From Candidatus Fermentibacterota bacterium (GTDB taxonomy: Bacteria > Fermentibacterota > Fermentibacteria > Fermentibacterales > JCC-6), in assembly GCA_963845085.1 (NCBI GenBank), contig CAWJQI010000004.1, forward strand, positions 800,001 through 864,000: a stretch of 64,000 nucleotides of DNA. The letters run 5' to 3'. A program made the translations under genes and the position numbers. The notes below the pieces were generated by a model that was not told the DNA's origin, ran no database searches, and was given only the letters and a program-made list of their open reading frames with translations. Of the stretch, positions 53,731 through 64,000 are shown in pieces (within the stretch, counting starts at the first letter, position 1; each line of letters opens with the position of its first letter).

Positions 53731-53870
53731 GAGGGCTTTCGATGCGGTCGGGGCGGGGCTGAACTGCTGTTCTGGAAGGAACCCTACATTACAGCACCTT
53801 TCGGAAACCATGAACCGGACCAGGACCCTCGAATATAGCGGCACTCGAAGGTGAAGCCCCGTCAGGGACA

Positions 53871-55200
53871 TTAAAGAAGGCTCGAGGCTCGTTCACGGGT
53901 TCTCCGGATGGTATTCCTGAGCCTTTCGAAACGCCCCGGCACGATGCGCAGCAAGGCACCACAACCCTTGCAGATGACAACTGCCAACTGCTTCTGACAG
54001 ACATCGCAGAATCGGAGGGAAGCGCTTTTCTGTGTCCTGCATGCCTGAAGCCCTCGCCTTCGCCGATCAGGCGCAGGCGGCTGTCGATAAGGGCTCCGAT
54101 GGCGGAAGCGCTGTGAAAACGAGCCATGTACCGACTTGCACGCATACCGATTGAAGCAGCCAGCTCCCTGTCGGAGTAGACAAGCCTCATCTTGACTGCT
54201 GCGTCGTCAAGATCGGGCACTGCCCAGATCGATCCTTTTTCATACGGTGGATCGGTTTCTTCCAGAGGCTCAAGGCTGAACCTGACTGGAAGGGAGTTGT
54301 CAACGTTCATGAAATCGGTGTTTCCACTCCAGCCGGTTGCGATTACCGGCTTGCCCATTGCCATTGCTTCAGCCATGCCCAGGCCAAAACCCTCCGCACG
54401 GTGGAGCGATACGAATGAGTCGCACGAGGCCATGAGAACGGAACGTTCTCCGGGATCAAGCTGACGGTCTATGAAGGTGACCCTCAACCCCTCGGCGGAT
54501 GACATGAGCGACGCCATCCGGTCCGGGCAGTCATTGCTCCGTTCAGCGATTTCAGCACGAGCCTGACTGGCTGGGAGGGATCGAATGCTTTTCTGAAATG
54601 CTTCGACCACGCCCATCGGGTTCTTTCTGGAGAAAGTGCTGTGAAAATCGAAGGAGAAAAGAAAAAGGAACTCGCCGGTGTCAAGCCCGAATCTTCGCCT
54701 GTCAGCAGCCGGTACAACGGGTTGCACCACATGAGGCATGACAAGGACCGGTACCGGTGATGCCATGGAGATTCCCCGGGCCATGAAGCTGCCGCCCACC
54801 CAGATCTCGTCGACAAGCGCGAACCTGTCACGCCATTTGGCGGGGAAGACCGGTGTTTCCCATGCCCAGATACCTATGGTGTAACGATTCGGAGAAGAAG
54901 GCTGACCCGATACGCTTCTGGAAAGGTTGACAACAGATCAGGGTTGATATGCACGATGTTCAGCGGGTGAAGGTTTCGTTCCCCCCTGACCGTTCGCAGC
55001 AAAGGTGTATTTTCGGAATTGGTCCCGCGGCCGGGAAGCAGTTCGTCCGCATCGATGCGCAAAACACCATACCCCAGCCCTTCGAGAGCTTCGATGTAAC
55101 CGCGGGCGGCCTCCCCAGCCCGAACCCGGCCTCAAGATAGCCCGCATAGTTGACACCCGTGACAGGGCCAGTGCATTCACGAGCCGTCAGAGAAACCCCC
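53871..55200 (-). pseudogene. GT4 glycosyltransferase broken by multiple frameshifts
   Basis: Motif pieces lie in alternating frames: GVNYAGY..GLG / EAARGYIEAL / NIVHINPD / GIWAWET..VDEIW / RKNPMG / VRLVLKS / FVSLHRAEGFGLGMAEAM..GKPVIATGWSGN. Boundaries approximate. Confidence 0.65.
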
Positions 55201-55344
55201 TTAAACGCCGGTCGCACCGAATGTTCGGAGTATTGCGCCGGGCATCGTTGCATGCCGGAACGACTGCAATCCTGGTCAGGCGATCCGTGTGCGGTCGATC
55301 CGAATTCCACAGGTCATGGAATGAATCGGTAATATATTCCGACA

Positions 55345-56520
55345 ATGGAAAAAAACGCATATTCTGCAGCCCTGACTGTATTTCACATGCTCCCTTCCGG
55401 AGGGGGAGCCAGGCTTGCAGCCCAGAACATCAGGTTCCTCGCGCGCAGGTTTTCAGTCACCCTTCACAATGTTGAAGGTTCAGTCGATCTTCCGGTACCC
55501 GGTGAAGTTAAGGTCAGACGGTATCCCTTTCCGAAGGGAAGGCGTCTGGGGGGAGCCGCAAGAATGCTCGCCCCGCTGCTGCTCATGAAGAGGCTTGCAT
55601 GCTTCCGCAAGCTGTGCCGTTCGATTGCGGAGGAGATCAACGACTCCGGAGCCCCCGCGCTTGTCCACAACAGCATGGTGATCGCCGCCCCTCCGCTCCT
55701 TGACCATCTCAGAGTGCGCTCGCTCTACTTCTGTTACGAATATCCCAGGCACCTCTATGAGAAGGGCTGCATCACGCGCACCGGCAGCCGTCTTGGTGAC
55801 CTGCTGCTGGGCCCGTTGGAGAGGGAGGAGCGCCGCAGCGATTTCGCCTCCATGAAGTGTGCACAAAGGGTCGCAACCTTCTCCCCCTACATGCAGCGAA
55901 GACTCATGGAAATCTACGACGTAAACTCTGATGCGGTCTTTCCCGGAGTGGATTCAACCTGTTTCACTCCTGAGGCCGAATGGTCGCCCGGGAAACATCT
56001 GCTATCCGTGGGTGCCCTGTGGCCATTCAAGGGACACGATACGGCGATCAGGGCGGCAGCCCTCTTGCCGGGGGCGGCAAGACAGCCTCTATGCATTGTG
56101 GCCGACAGGGAGTTCCCCGGGTACGGCGCCCGACTCGAGCGGCTTGCAGCAGGGCTGGGTGTCGAGATCAGGATCTGCAGGGGCGTGGACGATACCGAGC
56201 TGCTCCGGTTGTACCGTGAAGCCTCGGCTGTTCTCTGTCTTCAGAGGAATGAGCCGTACGGGCTCGTCCCACTTGAAGCCATGGCCTGCGCGAGGCCTGT
56301 CCTGGCCAGAAACTCCGGAGGGCTGCCCGATAATGTCGCCCACGGAGAAAACGGCCTTCTTGTTGGTGATTCCGCACCGGAAGCTGCGGAGTCGCTTCTG
56401 TCGGTGCTTTCCAACCCGGCATTGGCGAAGGGGCTCGGGGCTGCCGGAAGGGCCTTCGTGCTCGCCCACAGGACAGTCGAGGGGTGTGCTGAAAGGCTGT
56501 CCGCGCTGCTGCCCATCTGA
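55345..56520 (+). CDS. Glycosyltransferase family 4
   Basis: SGGG.R, PGVD, SVGAL.PFKG, EPYGLVPLEAMAC.RPV, GGL.D.V.HGENG. Confidence 0.9.
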   Translation: MEKNAYSAALTVFHMLPSGGGARLAAQNIRFLARRFSVTLHNVEGSVDLPVPGEVKVRRYPFPKGRRLGGAARMLAPLLLMKRLACFRKLCRSIAEEINDSGAPALVHNSMVIAAPPLLDHLRVRSLYFCYEYPRHLYEKGCITRTGSRLGDLLLGPLEREERRSDFASMKCAQRVATFSPYMQRRLMEIYDVNSDAVFPGVDSTCFTPEAEWSPGKHLLSVGALWPFKGHDTAIRAAALLPGAARQPLCIVADREFPGYGARLERLAAGLGVEIRICRGVDDTELLRLYREASAVLCLQRNEPYGLVPLEAMACARPVLARNSGGLPDNVAHGENGLLVGDSAPEAAESLLSVLSNPALAKGLGAAGRAFVLAHRTVEGCAERLSALLPI

Positions 56521-56612
56521 AAGGCGCTGCAAGCTGTACACCCGGCCCGGGGTGTGGTATTTTTGCCGGTCAAGGCAATACTGTCGCTAGCGGATGGGAG
56601 ATCCTCACCAAC

Positions 56613-57740
56613 ATGAGCAGACTTGCACTCATAACCGGCGGCGCCGGTTTCATCGGATCACACCTTGCAGACCTGATGCTTTCCTCGGGCTACAGGGTCA
56701 GGGTGCTGGATTCACTTGATCCACAGGTTCACGGCGAAGGCCGGTTGCGGCCCGCCTATCTGTCCCCCGACGCAGAGCTCCAGGTCGGTGATGTGAGGGA
56801 CCACGATGCAGTCGGCAGGGCCCTTGAGGGGGTCGAGGTCCTTGTTCACTTTGCCGCCGCCGTCGGCGTTGGACAGTCGATGTACGAGATCGAAAGGTAC
56901 ACTTCCATCAACTCCCTCGGTGCCGCCGTCGTACTTGAAGAGGCACTGAAAAAACGTGACAGCCTTCAACGGATGCTGGTCGCCAGTTCGATGTCGATCT
57001 ACGGCGAGGGCGCGTACCGCTGTGACGTGTGCGGACCGGTGAGTCCGGGCCTCAGGCGGCCTGAACAGCTTGCGCGACATGACTGGGAGATGCACTGCCC
57101 CCTTTGCGGCCTGACCTGCCATCCCATTCCCACCCCGGAGAGCAAACCGCTTGCCCCTACAAGCGTTTATGCCGTTGGCAAACGCGATCATGAAGAGCTT
57201 TTCCTTTCAGTGGGCGATGCCTACGGAATTCCATCGACCGCAATGAGGTTCTTCAATGTTTACGGGGAGAGACAGGCGCTTTCGAACCCCTACACAGGGG
57301 TCGGCGCGATTTTTGCCTCGCGCCTTCTCAACGGCAACTCCCCTGTTGTATTTGAGGACGGCGGTCAGAGCAGGGATTTCATCCATGTCAGTGACCTTGT
57401 GAAGGGCTGCCTTGCAGCGATCGAAAACCCGGGCGCTCATGGCAGGGTCTTCAACCTCGGAACCGGCAACCAGGTCTCCATCCTCCAGGTTGGACGCGCA
57501 ATTGCATCCGAGTTGGGAAGGGACGACATTCCGTTCACCATCCGCAACCAGTTCAGAGCCGGAGACATCAGACACTGTTTCGGGGATGTGTCGCTTGCCG
57601 GATCAGTCCTTGGGTTCAAGGCCGCGATACCCTTCAGCGAGGGTGTTCGTGAACTTTGCAGGTGGGTTCGGGGGCAGACCGCAGTAGACATGGTCGACAA
57701 GGCCACCGAGGAGCTTTCCCGAAGGGGTCTTGCCCGGTGA
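56613..57740 (+). CDS. NAD-dependent sugar epimerase/dehydratase
   Basis: ITGGAGFIGSH, ASSMSIYG, YAVGK, RFFNVYG, RDFIHV. Confidence 0.93.
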   Translation: MSRLALITGGAGFIGSHLADLMLSSGYRVRVLDSLDPQVHGEGRLRPAYLSPDAELQVGDVRDHDAVGRALEGVEVLVHFAAAVGVGQSMYEIERYTSINSLGAAVVLEEALKKRDSLQRMLVASSMSIYGEGAYRCDVCGPVSPGLRRPEQLARHDWEMHCPLCGLTCHPIPTPESKPLAPTSVYAVGKRDHEELFLSVGDAYGIPSTAMRFFNVYGERQALSNPYTGVGAIFASRLLNGNSPVVFEDGGQSRDFIHVSDLVKGCLAAIENPGAHGRVFNLGTGNQVSILQVGRAIASELGRDDIPFTIRNQFRAGDIRHCFGDVSLAGSVLGFKAAIPFSEGVRELCRWVRGQTAVDMVDKATEELSRRGLAR

Positions 57741-58840
57741 GGAAAAGCATTCTGCTTGATGCCAGGGCCGCACAAAGCATCGCGGACGGTATCACCCGTT
57801 TCTCACAGAACCTTTCGACCGCCCTCGGGCTGCTCCGTCCGGACTGGAAGCTGTCAGTCCTTGTTCATCCCTCCGCCACCGGCCGTTTTGTGCTCCCCGG
57901 GCTGGATGTGATCGAATGCCCCGTGCCAAGGTTCAGGCCGGGGGAGAACGCCAGGATGGCACCCGTTATTCGAGGGTGCAATCCTGATGCCTTCGTGAAC
58001 TTTTCCATGGCCGGACCAACACCCGGGGGTGTGCCCACGATCGTGACCATCCACGATCTGATGGTGCTCAGCGTACCATGCTACTTTGGAAACGGGATTA
58101 TCCGCAACGCCCTCTATCGAAACATTTTCCGCAGGGTCATCCGCAGAAGCGCGATCCATGCATCCGCCATCGCCGTTCCCAGCCGGGTTACGGAACGCGA
58201 CATTGGAAGAAGGTTCCCCGATACGGCGGAGAAGGTGTTCATAACGGGCGAGGGGCAGTCGTTGTTTTCCCCGGGCGAAGGCCGGTGCGAAGGCCGCGAG
58301 GATGGGCCGCTGCTCGTAGTGGGTAACGCCAGGGCGTATAAAAACCTGCCACGGCTTCTGACAGCGTACGGCAGGGTGTGGGCCATGAACAGGGCGATCC
58401 CGCCCCTGGTAATGGCCGTGAGAAAGGACAGGGCATTTCGCGATTTCGAGACCCACCTGTCCACAAATCCCGCAAGGGAGAGCATAACCGTTCGCACCGG
58501 GGTATCCGATGCCGAATTGAAGGAACTCTACCTTTCGTGCCGTTGCCTTCTTATGCCGTCGGTTTACGAGGGTTTCGGTTTGCCGGCGCTCGAAGCCATG
58601 GCTTCCGGTGCGCCCGTCATGGCCTCGAAGGCCACCTCGCTCGAGGAGGTCGTCGGCGCTGCGGGGCTGCTCGTGAACCCCTATTCCGTAACAGACATCG
58701 CAAGGGGCATCGCTGTTGTCTCGAGTGCAACGGGGAGCGAACTTGCATGCATGGGCGCGGATGGGATGGCACGGGCCTCGCTTTTCACATGGGAAAAGGC
58801 TGCGGCGCGGTATGCGGATGTGCTGGAGGGCCTCATATGA
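57737..58840 (+). CDS. Glycosyltransferase family 4 (mannosyltransferase-like)
   Basis: TIHDL, VG....[30 protein letters not shown]. Confidence 0.92.
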   Translation: MRKSILLDARAAQSIADGITRFSQNLSTALGLLRPDWKLSVLVHPSATGRFVLPGLDVIECPVPRFRPGENARMAPVIRGCNPDAFVNFSMAGPTPGGVPTIVTIHDLMVLSVPCYFGNGIIRNALYRNIFRRVIRRSAIHASAIAVPSRVTERDIGRRFPDTAEKVFITGEGQSLFSPGEGRCEGREDGPLLVVGNARAYKNLPRLLTAYGRVWAMNRAIPPLVMAVRKDRAFRDFETHLSTNPARESITVRTGVSDAELKELYLSCRCLLMPSVYEGFGLPALEAMASGAPVMASKATSLEEVVGAAGLLVNPYSVTDIARGIAVVSSATGSELACMGADGMARASLFTWEKAAARYADVLEGLI

Positions 58841-60279
58841 GGGTTTCGGTTGTAAACCCGCCGTTCATGAACGGCAGGTTTTCAAGAACATCACGCTCCC
58901 CCGCCATCGTCAAGAGCGGAACGCTCTACTGGCCCTTCTGGCTTGCATATCTCGTCGGCGGGCTGGAAAGGGCCGGCCATGCCGTGCAGTTCCTGGACTG
59001 CCCGGCAGCGGGTGTTACAAGGGAAGCCCTCCCGAAGCTTATTGAAGGCTTCCACCCGGACATGGTCGTGATCGACACCTCCACCCCCTCCATCAACAGC
59101 GATCTCGAGGTGGCGGATGCGGTAAAACAAACCCTTCCGGGGGCGAGGCTCATACTGGTGGGCACGCACGTGAGCGCGCTTCCCCTCGAAACGCTCGGAC
59201 TTGCACCCTTCGTGGATGCGGTGGCGGTTGGCGAATACGATCTGTCTCTGGTCAGGGCAGCCGGCGGCGAAGACCTCTGCACCATTCCGGGCCTGGCGGT
59301 CAACACCGCAGACGGCGCCATTCTCACCGGACCGCCTGAGCTTGTGAAAGACCTTGATTCACTGCCCTTTTTGGCTGACGTGTACCTGAGGCACCTGAAG
59401 CCCGAGGATTACTTTTTTGCCGCCGCCAGATACCCCAGTGTCATGACCATCACCAGCCGGGGCTGCCCTTTCAAGTGCTCGTTCTGTGTCTGGCCGCAGG
59501 TTCTTCACCCGGGCGGCTACAGGGCCAGAAGCCCCGAAAACGTGGCCCGGGAGTTCAAACTGATCGCCGAATACTTTCCGCAGGTCAGGGAGATCGTTGT
59601 GGAGGACGACACGTTCAGTGTCGACAGTGAAAGGGTTTCCAAAGTGGCCGCAGCCATTGCCGCGAGTGGAAACGCACTTCCCTGGACCGCCAACACCCGG
59701 GCCAACCTCTCACTCGAAGCCATGCGCACCATGAAGGCTGCCGGTTGCAGAATGCTCATTGTCGGGTATGAATCGGGAAGCCAGGCGATACTCAACGGAG
59801 TATCCAAGGGAACCACCGTCGAGCAGAACCTCGAGTTCGCCGCCAGGGCAAGGAAGGCGGGTCTGCTCGTCCACGGCTGCTTCATGGTCGGAAATCCCGG
59901 GGAAACGCACGAGTCGATGGAACAGACCCTTCGGATGGCCATGAAACTCAGGCCGGACACCGCGCAGTTCTTCCCCATAATGGCCTACCCCGGTACAAGG
60001 TTGTTCGAGGAGTACTCCCGTCTCGGGCGGCTGCGAACTACCGACTACTCACAATGGCTGACCCCCGAGGGGTTGCATAACTGCGTGGTTGACCTTCCCG
60101 GTCTCTCCGCCGAAGATCTCGTTGGCTTCTGCGATCAGGCCAGGAAAAGGTTCTACCTCAGGCCATCCTACATTGGGAGGAAGGTTCTTCAGTCACTCCT
60201 TCACCCCGCTACCGAGGGGAAACGGAACCTGAAGGCGTTCGGTACCTTCCGCAAGCACCTGTTCAGAGGTTCCAGATGA
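58837..60279 (+). CDS. B12-binding-domain radical SAM protein (HpnJ-like)
   Basis: N-terminal P..LAY...LE, TSTPS, VGTHVS, GEYD; TSRGCPFKCSFCVWP; EDDTF; GYESG.Q; FMVG.PGET; PGT. Confidence 0.88.
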   Translation: MRVSVVNPPFMNGRFSRTSRSPAIVKSGTLYWPFWLAYLVGGLERAGHAVQFLDCPAAGVTREALPKLIEGFHPDMVVIDTSTPSINSDLEVADAVKQTLPGARLILVGTHVSALPLETLGLAPFVDAVAVGEYDLSLVRAAGGEDLCTIPGLAVNTADGAILTGPPELVKDLDSLPFLADVYLRHLKPEDYFFAAARYPSVMTITSRGCPFKCSFCVWPQVLHPGGYRARSPENVAREFKLIAEYFPQVREIVVEDDTFSVDSERVSKVAAAIAASGNALPWTANTRANLSLEAMRTMKAAGCRMLIVGYESGSQAILNGVSKGTTVEQNLEFAARARKAGLLVHGCFMVGNPGETHESMEQTLRMAMKLRPDTAQFFPIMAYPGTRLFEEYSRLGRLRTTDYSQWLTPEGLHNCVVDLPGLSAEDLVGFCDQARKRFYLRPSYIGRKVLQSLLHPATEGKRNLKAFGTFRKHLFRGSR

Positions 60280-61670
60280 AGAAGCTTCTTGTGGCCCTCG
60301 CCGTGTGTTTCGACTCGACCGCCGTCTTCCTCGCGATGTTCGTTGCAGGCGTGATCAAATTCAACACCGGTCTCTTCCAGGACACCACGCCGATGGCCCC
60401 CCTCATCATCGCATCGGGAAGCATGGCTTCCGTTCCCTTCTGGATAGCCCTGTTTTTCATCACGGGCATCTACAGGATGAAATGGGATCTTGGCTGGGCG
60501 GACGAGATGAGCCAGGTGTTCAAGCAGATCACAGGCGGGATTGTACTGCTTTCCCTTGGCGCTTTTCTTGTCAGCCCGACGATATCCGTCGGCAGGTGGG
60601 TTTTTTTCGTCTACTACGGGCTTCTGCTGGTTCTCGTGTTCATGGCGAGGGCGGCCGCGAGGCTTCTTGAAAGGCGCTGGGCAAAACAGGGGCTCATCCG
60701 CCGCAACGCCCTTGTCATCGGACTGGGAAAGAAGGCCGCGGAACTCGTGTCATTCATCGAGGCAAACCGGTCGCTCGGGTACAGCATCGTTGGTTTTGTT
60801 GCTCCGCCCGGAACCGACAACGACTCGGGAGAGGTGGACCGCATAGCAGGCCACATGAACGAACTCGAGAGCCTGATCGAGAAGCATGAGGTCGATGAAA
60901 TACTGGTCACCATCGCCAGCAATTTTCACGACGACATTCTCGGGCTCCTGCTCCCCGCTGCGGGAAGGGGCATCAGGGTGAAAGTGGTGCCGGACCTTTT
61001 CGATGTGATCGCGGGCAACGTCCATTCCACACAGATACTCGGGCAGCCACTCATGGAACTTCTCCCCGAGCGGCTCAAGAACTGGGAAAAACTTGTAAAG
61101 ACGGTGATGGATTTCATCATGTGCACGGTTGTTCTTGTTGCGGGAATGCCGATCTGGCTGCTGATCGCCCTTGCCATAAGGCTGGACAGCCCGGGTCCCG
61201 TGTTCTACCGGCAGACCCGCGTCGGCAAGGGAGGACGTGAGTTCGGCATAGTCAAGTTCCGCAGCATGGTAAGGGATGCCGAAACTGCATCGGGAGCCGT
61301 ATGGGCCGGGAAAAATGATCCCAGAGTGACGAAGGTGGGCGCATGGCTCAGAAAGACGAGGCTGGACGAAGTGCCGCAGTTGCTCAACATTCTCGCAGGC
61401 AGTATGTCCCTTGTCGGCCCCAGACCGGAGCGTCCAGAAATAATAAGCAGGCTGAGGCTGGTCTTTCCGTTCTACAACAAGAGGCTGACGATCAAACCCG
61501 GTCTCACCGGCTGGGCCCAGGTCAAGCTGGAGTACGATTCATCCCTTGAGGATGTCGCGGAGAAACTCAAGTACGATTTTTTCTACATCGAAAACCAATC
61601 ACTGTTTCTTGATATCGAGATCCTGATAAGAACGGTGAAAGTCGTGCTCACGGGCGCGGGAGCCCACTGA
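60276..61670 (+). CDS. Polyprenyl-phosphate glycosylphosphotransferase (WcaJ/WbaP-like priming transferase)
   Basis: Four N-terminal TMs, a CoA-binding-like region, DSPGPVFYRQ.RVG, KFRSM, RLDEVPQL, MSLVGPRPE, KPGLTGWAQV. Confidence 0.95.
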   Translation: MKKLLVALAVCFDSTAVFLAMFVAGVIKFNTGLFQDTTPMAPLIIASGSMASVPFWIALFFITGIYRMKWDLGWADEMSQVFKQITGGIVLLSLGAFLVSPTISVGRWVFFVYYGLLLVLVFMARAAARLLERRWAKQGLIRRNALVIGLGKKAAELVSFIEANRSLGYSIVGFVAPPGTDNDSGEVDRIAGHMNELESLIEKHEVDEILVTIASNFHDDILGLLLPAAGRGIRVKVVPDLFDVIAGNVHSTQILGQPLMELLPERLKNWEKLVKTVMDFIMCTVVLVAGMPIWLLIALAIRLDSPGPVFYRQTRVGKGGREFGIVKFRSMVRDAETASGAVWAGKNDPRVTKVGAWLRKTRLDEVPQLLNILAGSMSLVGPRPERPEIISRLRLVFPFYNKRLTIKPGLTGWAQVKLEYDSSLEDVAEKLKYDFFYIENQSLFLDIEILIRTVKVVLTGAGAH

Positions 61671-61690
61671 GCCCTGGAAAGGAATCACCG

Positions 61691-62840
<1,150 letters not shown>

Positions 62841-62857
<17 letters not shown>

Positions 62858-63194
62858 CAGTTTTATTCACGCCGCCCGTGGGATCCGGGTGCTTTTTGGC
62901 TCACAGGCCAATGCCAGGATTCACGGGGTGGCACTTGTGCTTGTGGTGGCCGCCGGGTTTGCGGTCGGGCTGACTTTGATTGAATGGGGCATCCTTTCCG
63001 TTGCCTCGGCTCTGGTGCTCAGCGCCGAGGCCATGAACACCGCCCTTGAAAAACTCGCGGACCGGGTCTCCCCTGAAAGGCACCCTCTTGTCAGGGATGC
63101 CAAGGATGCCGCAGCTGCTGCGGTGCTGCTTGCGTCGGTCGGCGCAGCAGTGGTGGGAGCCCTGGTGTTCATTCCGGCGATTCTTCGCCGGTGA
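62841..63194 (+). CDS. dgkA: Diacylglycerol/undecaprenol kinase family protein
   Basis: F..A..GI.......N.RIH, EAMNTALEKL.D, AKD.AA.AVL. Confidence 0.88.
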
Positions 63195-63204
63195 TGGGGG
63201 AAGA

Positions 63205-64000
63205 ATGATCGACAGAAACCTTCTCCGGAACGAACCCGAAAGGGTCAGGCAGGCTGCAGCCGTGCGCAGATGTGCCTGCGGTATCGATGAATGGCTTGCG
63301 ACCGACAGCAGGCTTCGCGGCCTCTCTTCGGAAGCCGACGGGCTCAGGGCCCTTCGGAACGAGATGAGCCACAGGGTATCGTCCCTGAAAAAGGCCGGAG
63401 AGTCTGCCGACGATGCGATGGAGGAAAGCAGAAAAGCCGGGGAACGCATCGGGGTCCTCGAGCGTGACATGAAGGCCCTCGAGACGCGTCTTAACGAGAT
63501 CCTGCTCTCAATTCCGAACATCCCCGATCCCGACGTACCCATCGGCGGGGAAGACAAGAATCTCGAGGTGCGCCGCTGGGGAGCCCCACCGGTTTTCGAT
63601 TTTGCCCCGAAACCCCACTGGGAGCTTTTAAAGGGTGTTTTCGACCCCGAAGCCGCAGGGGAGATAGCAGGGTCGAACTTCATCCTCTTCAGGGGCTGGG
63701 CTGCAAGGCTTCAAAGAAAACTGATAAACTGGATGCTCGACAACCACCATCTGGCAGGAATGGAGGAGGTTTGGCCCCCCTTCCTGGCCTCCAGGGCATC
63801 GGTCACGGCGACAGGGCAGCTTCCAAAGCTCGAAGATGACATGTACAGGCTGGAGAAGGACGATCTCTTCCTGATCCCCACCGGCGAGGTTCCGATAACG
63901 AACCTATACAGGGGTGCGCTGCTGTCCGAGTCTGACCTTCCGGTAAAGCTCTGCGGCTACACTCCCTGTTTCCGCAGGGAGGCGGGCAGCTACGGAAAGG
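63205..64000 (+). CDS. serS: Seryl-tRNA synthetase (3'-truncated by the window edge)
   Basis: Manual translation MIDRNLLR... coiled-coil arm, IPNIPDPDVPIG, KPHWEL, TGQLPK, LIPTGEVPITN, CFRREAGSYG. Confidence 0.97.
   Translation, partial: MIDRNLLRNEPERVRQAAAVRRCACGIDEWLATDSRLRGLSSEADGLRALRNEMSHRVSSLKKAGESADDAMEESRKAGERIGVLERDMKALETRLNEILLSIPNIPDPDVPIGGEDKNLEVRRWGAPPVFDFAPKPHWELLKGVFDPEAAGEIAGSNFILFRGWAARLQRKLINWMLDNHHLAGMEEVWPPFLASRASVTATGQLPKLEDDMYRLEKDDLFLIPTGEVPITNLYRGALLSESDLPVKLCGYTPCFRREAGSYGK

Noticed and set aside
56538..56564. Hairpin plus T-run between the GT4 and epimerase genes
   Set aside because: Imperfect stem and offset U-tract; too weak to call a terminator.
58378..58836. 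N-terminal extension of the radical SAM ORF in the track (likewise extended starts for dnaN, ntpI, mnmG, ansA)
   Set aside because: Overlaps upstream genes out of frame; family homology and SD or stop-start coupling favour the downstream starts.

Overview
Chromosomal replication-origin region of a GC-rich bacterium, probably an anaerobe (clostridial-type ferredoxin, hybrid-cluster protein, V/A-type ATPase). Left of the origin, on the minus strand, lie rpmH-rnpA-yidD-yidC-mnmE-mnmG-rsmG-parA-parB and a 55-aa ferredoxin missed by the ORF track. Two parS palindromes are written into these coding sequences. oriC is split around dnaA, with most DnaA boxes between dnaA and dnaN. Right of the origin are dnaN-dciA-gyrB-gyrA, a 1184-aa orphan, asparaginase, a bactofilin pair, a second DnaA-box cluster and a V/A-type ATPase operon with a Na+-type rotor. 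Next come a minus-strand ABC exporter/aminopeptidase/two radical-SAM operon, a DUF1611-like P-loop protein, an Rrf2-FeS-hcp module, a long GreA, a surface-polysaccharide locus and the start of serS. The most novel-looking element is the leader of the ABC operon: a 9-codon uORF (MIFGGYPFS) inside a ~110-nt fold-back whose base abuts the exporter ribosome-binding site, a candidate ribosome-stalling attenuator. Several genes carry indels (V-ATPase B, one ABC half, a lipoprotein, wzy/waaL, a glycosyltransferase); these are most simply read as sequencing or assembly errors. No rRNA, tRNA, CRISPR array or mobile element was recognised. All calls come from reading motifs by eye; no database searches were run.
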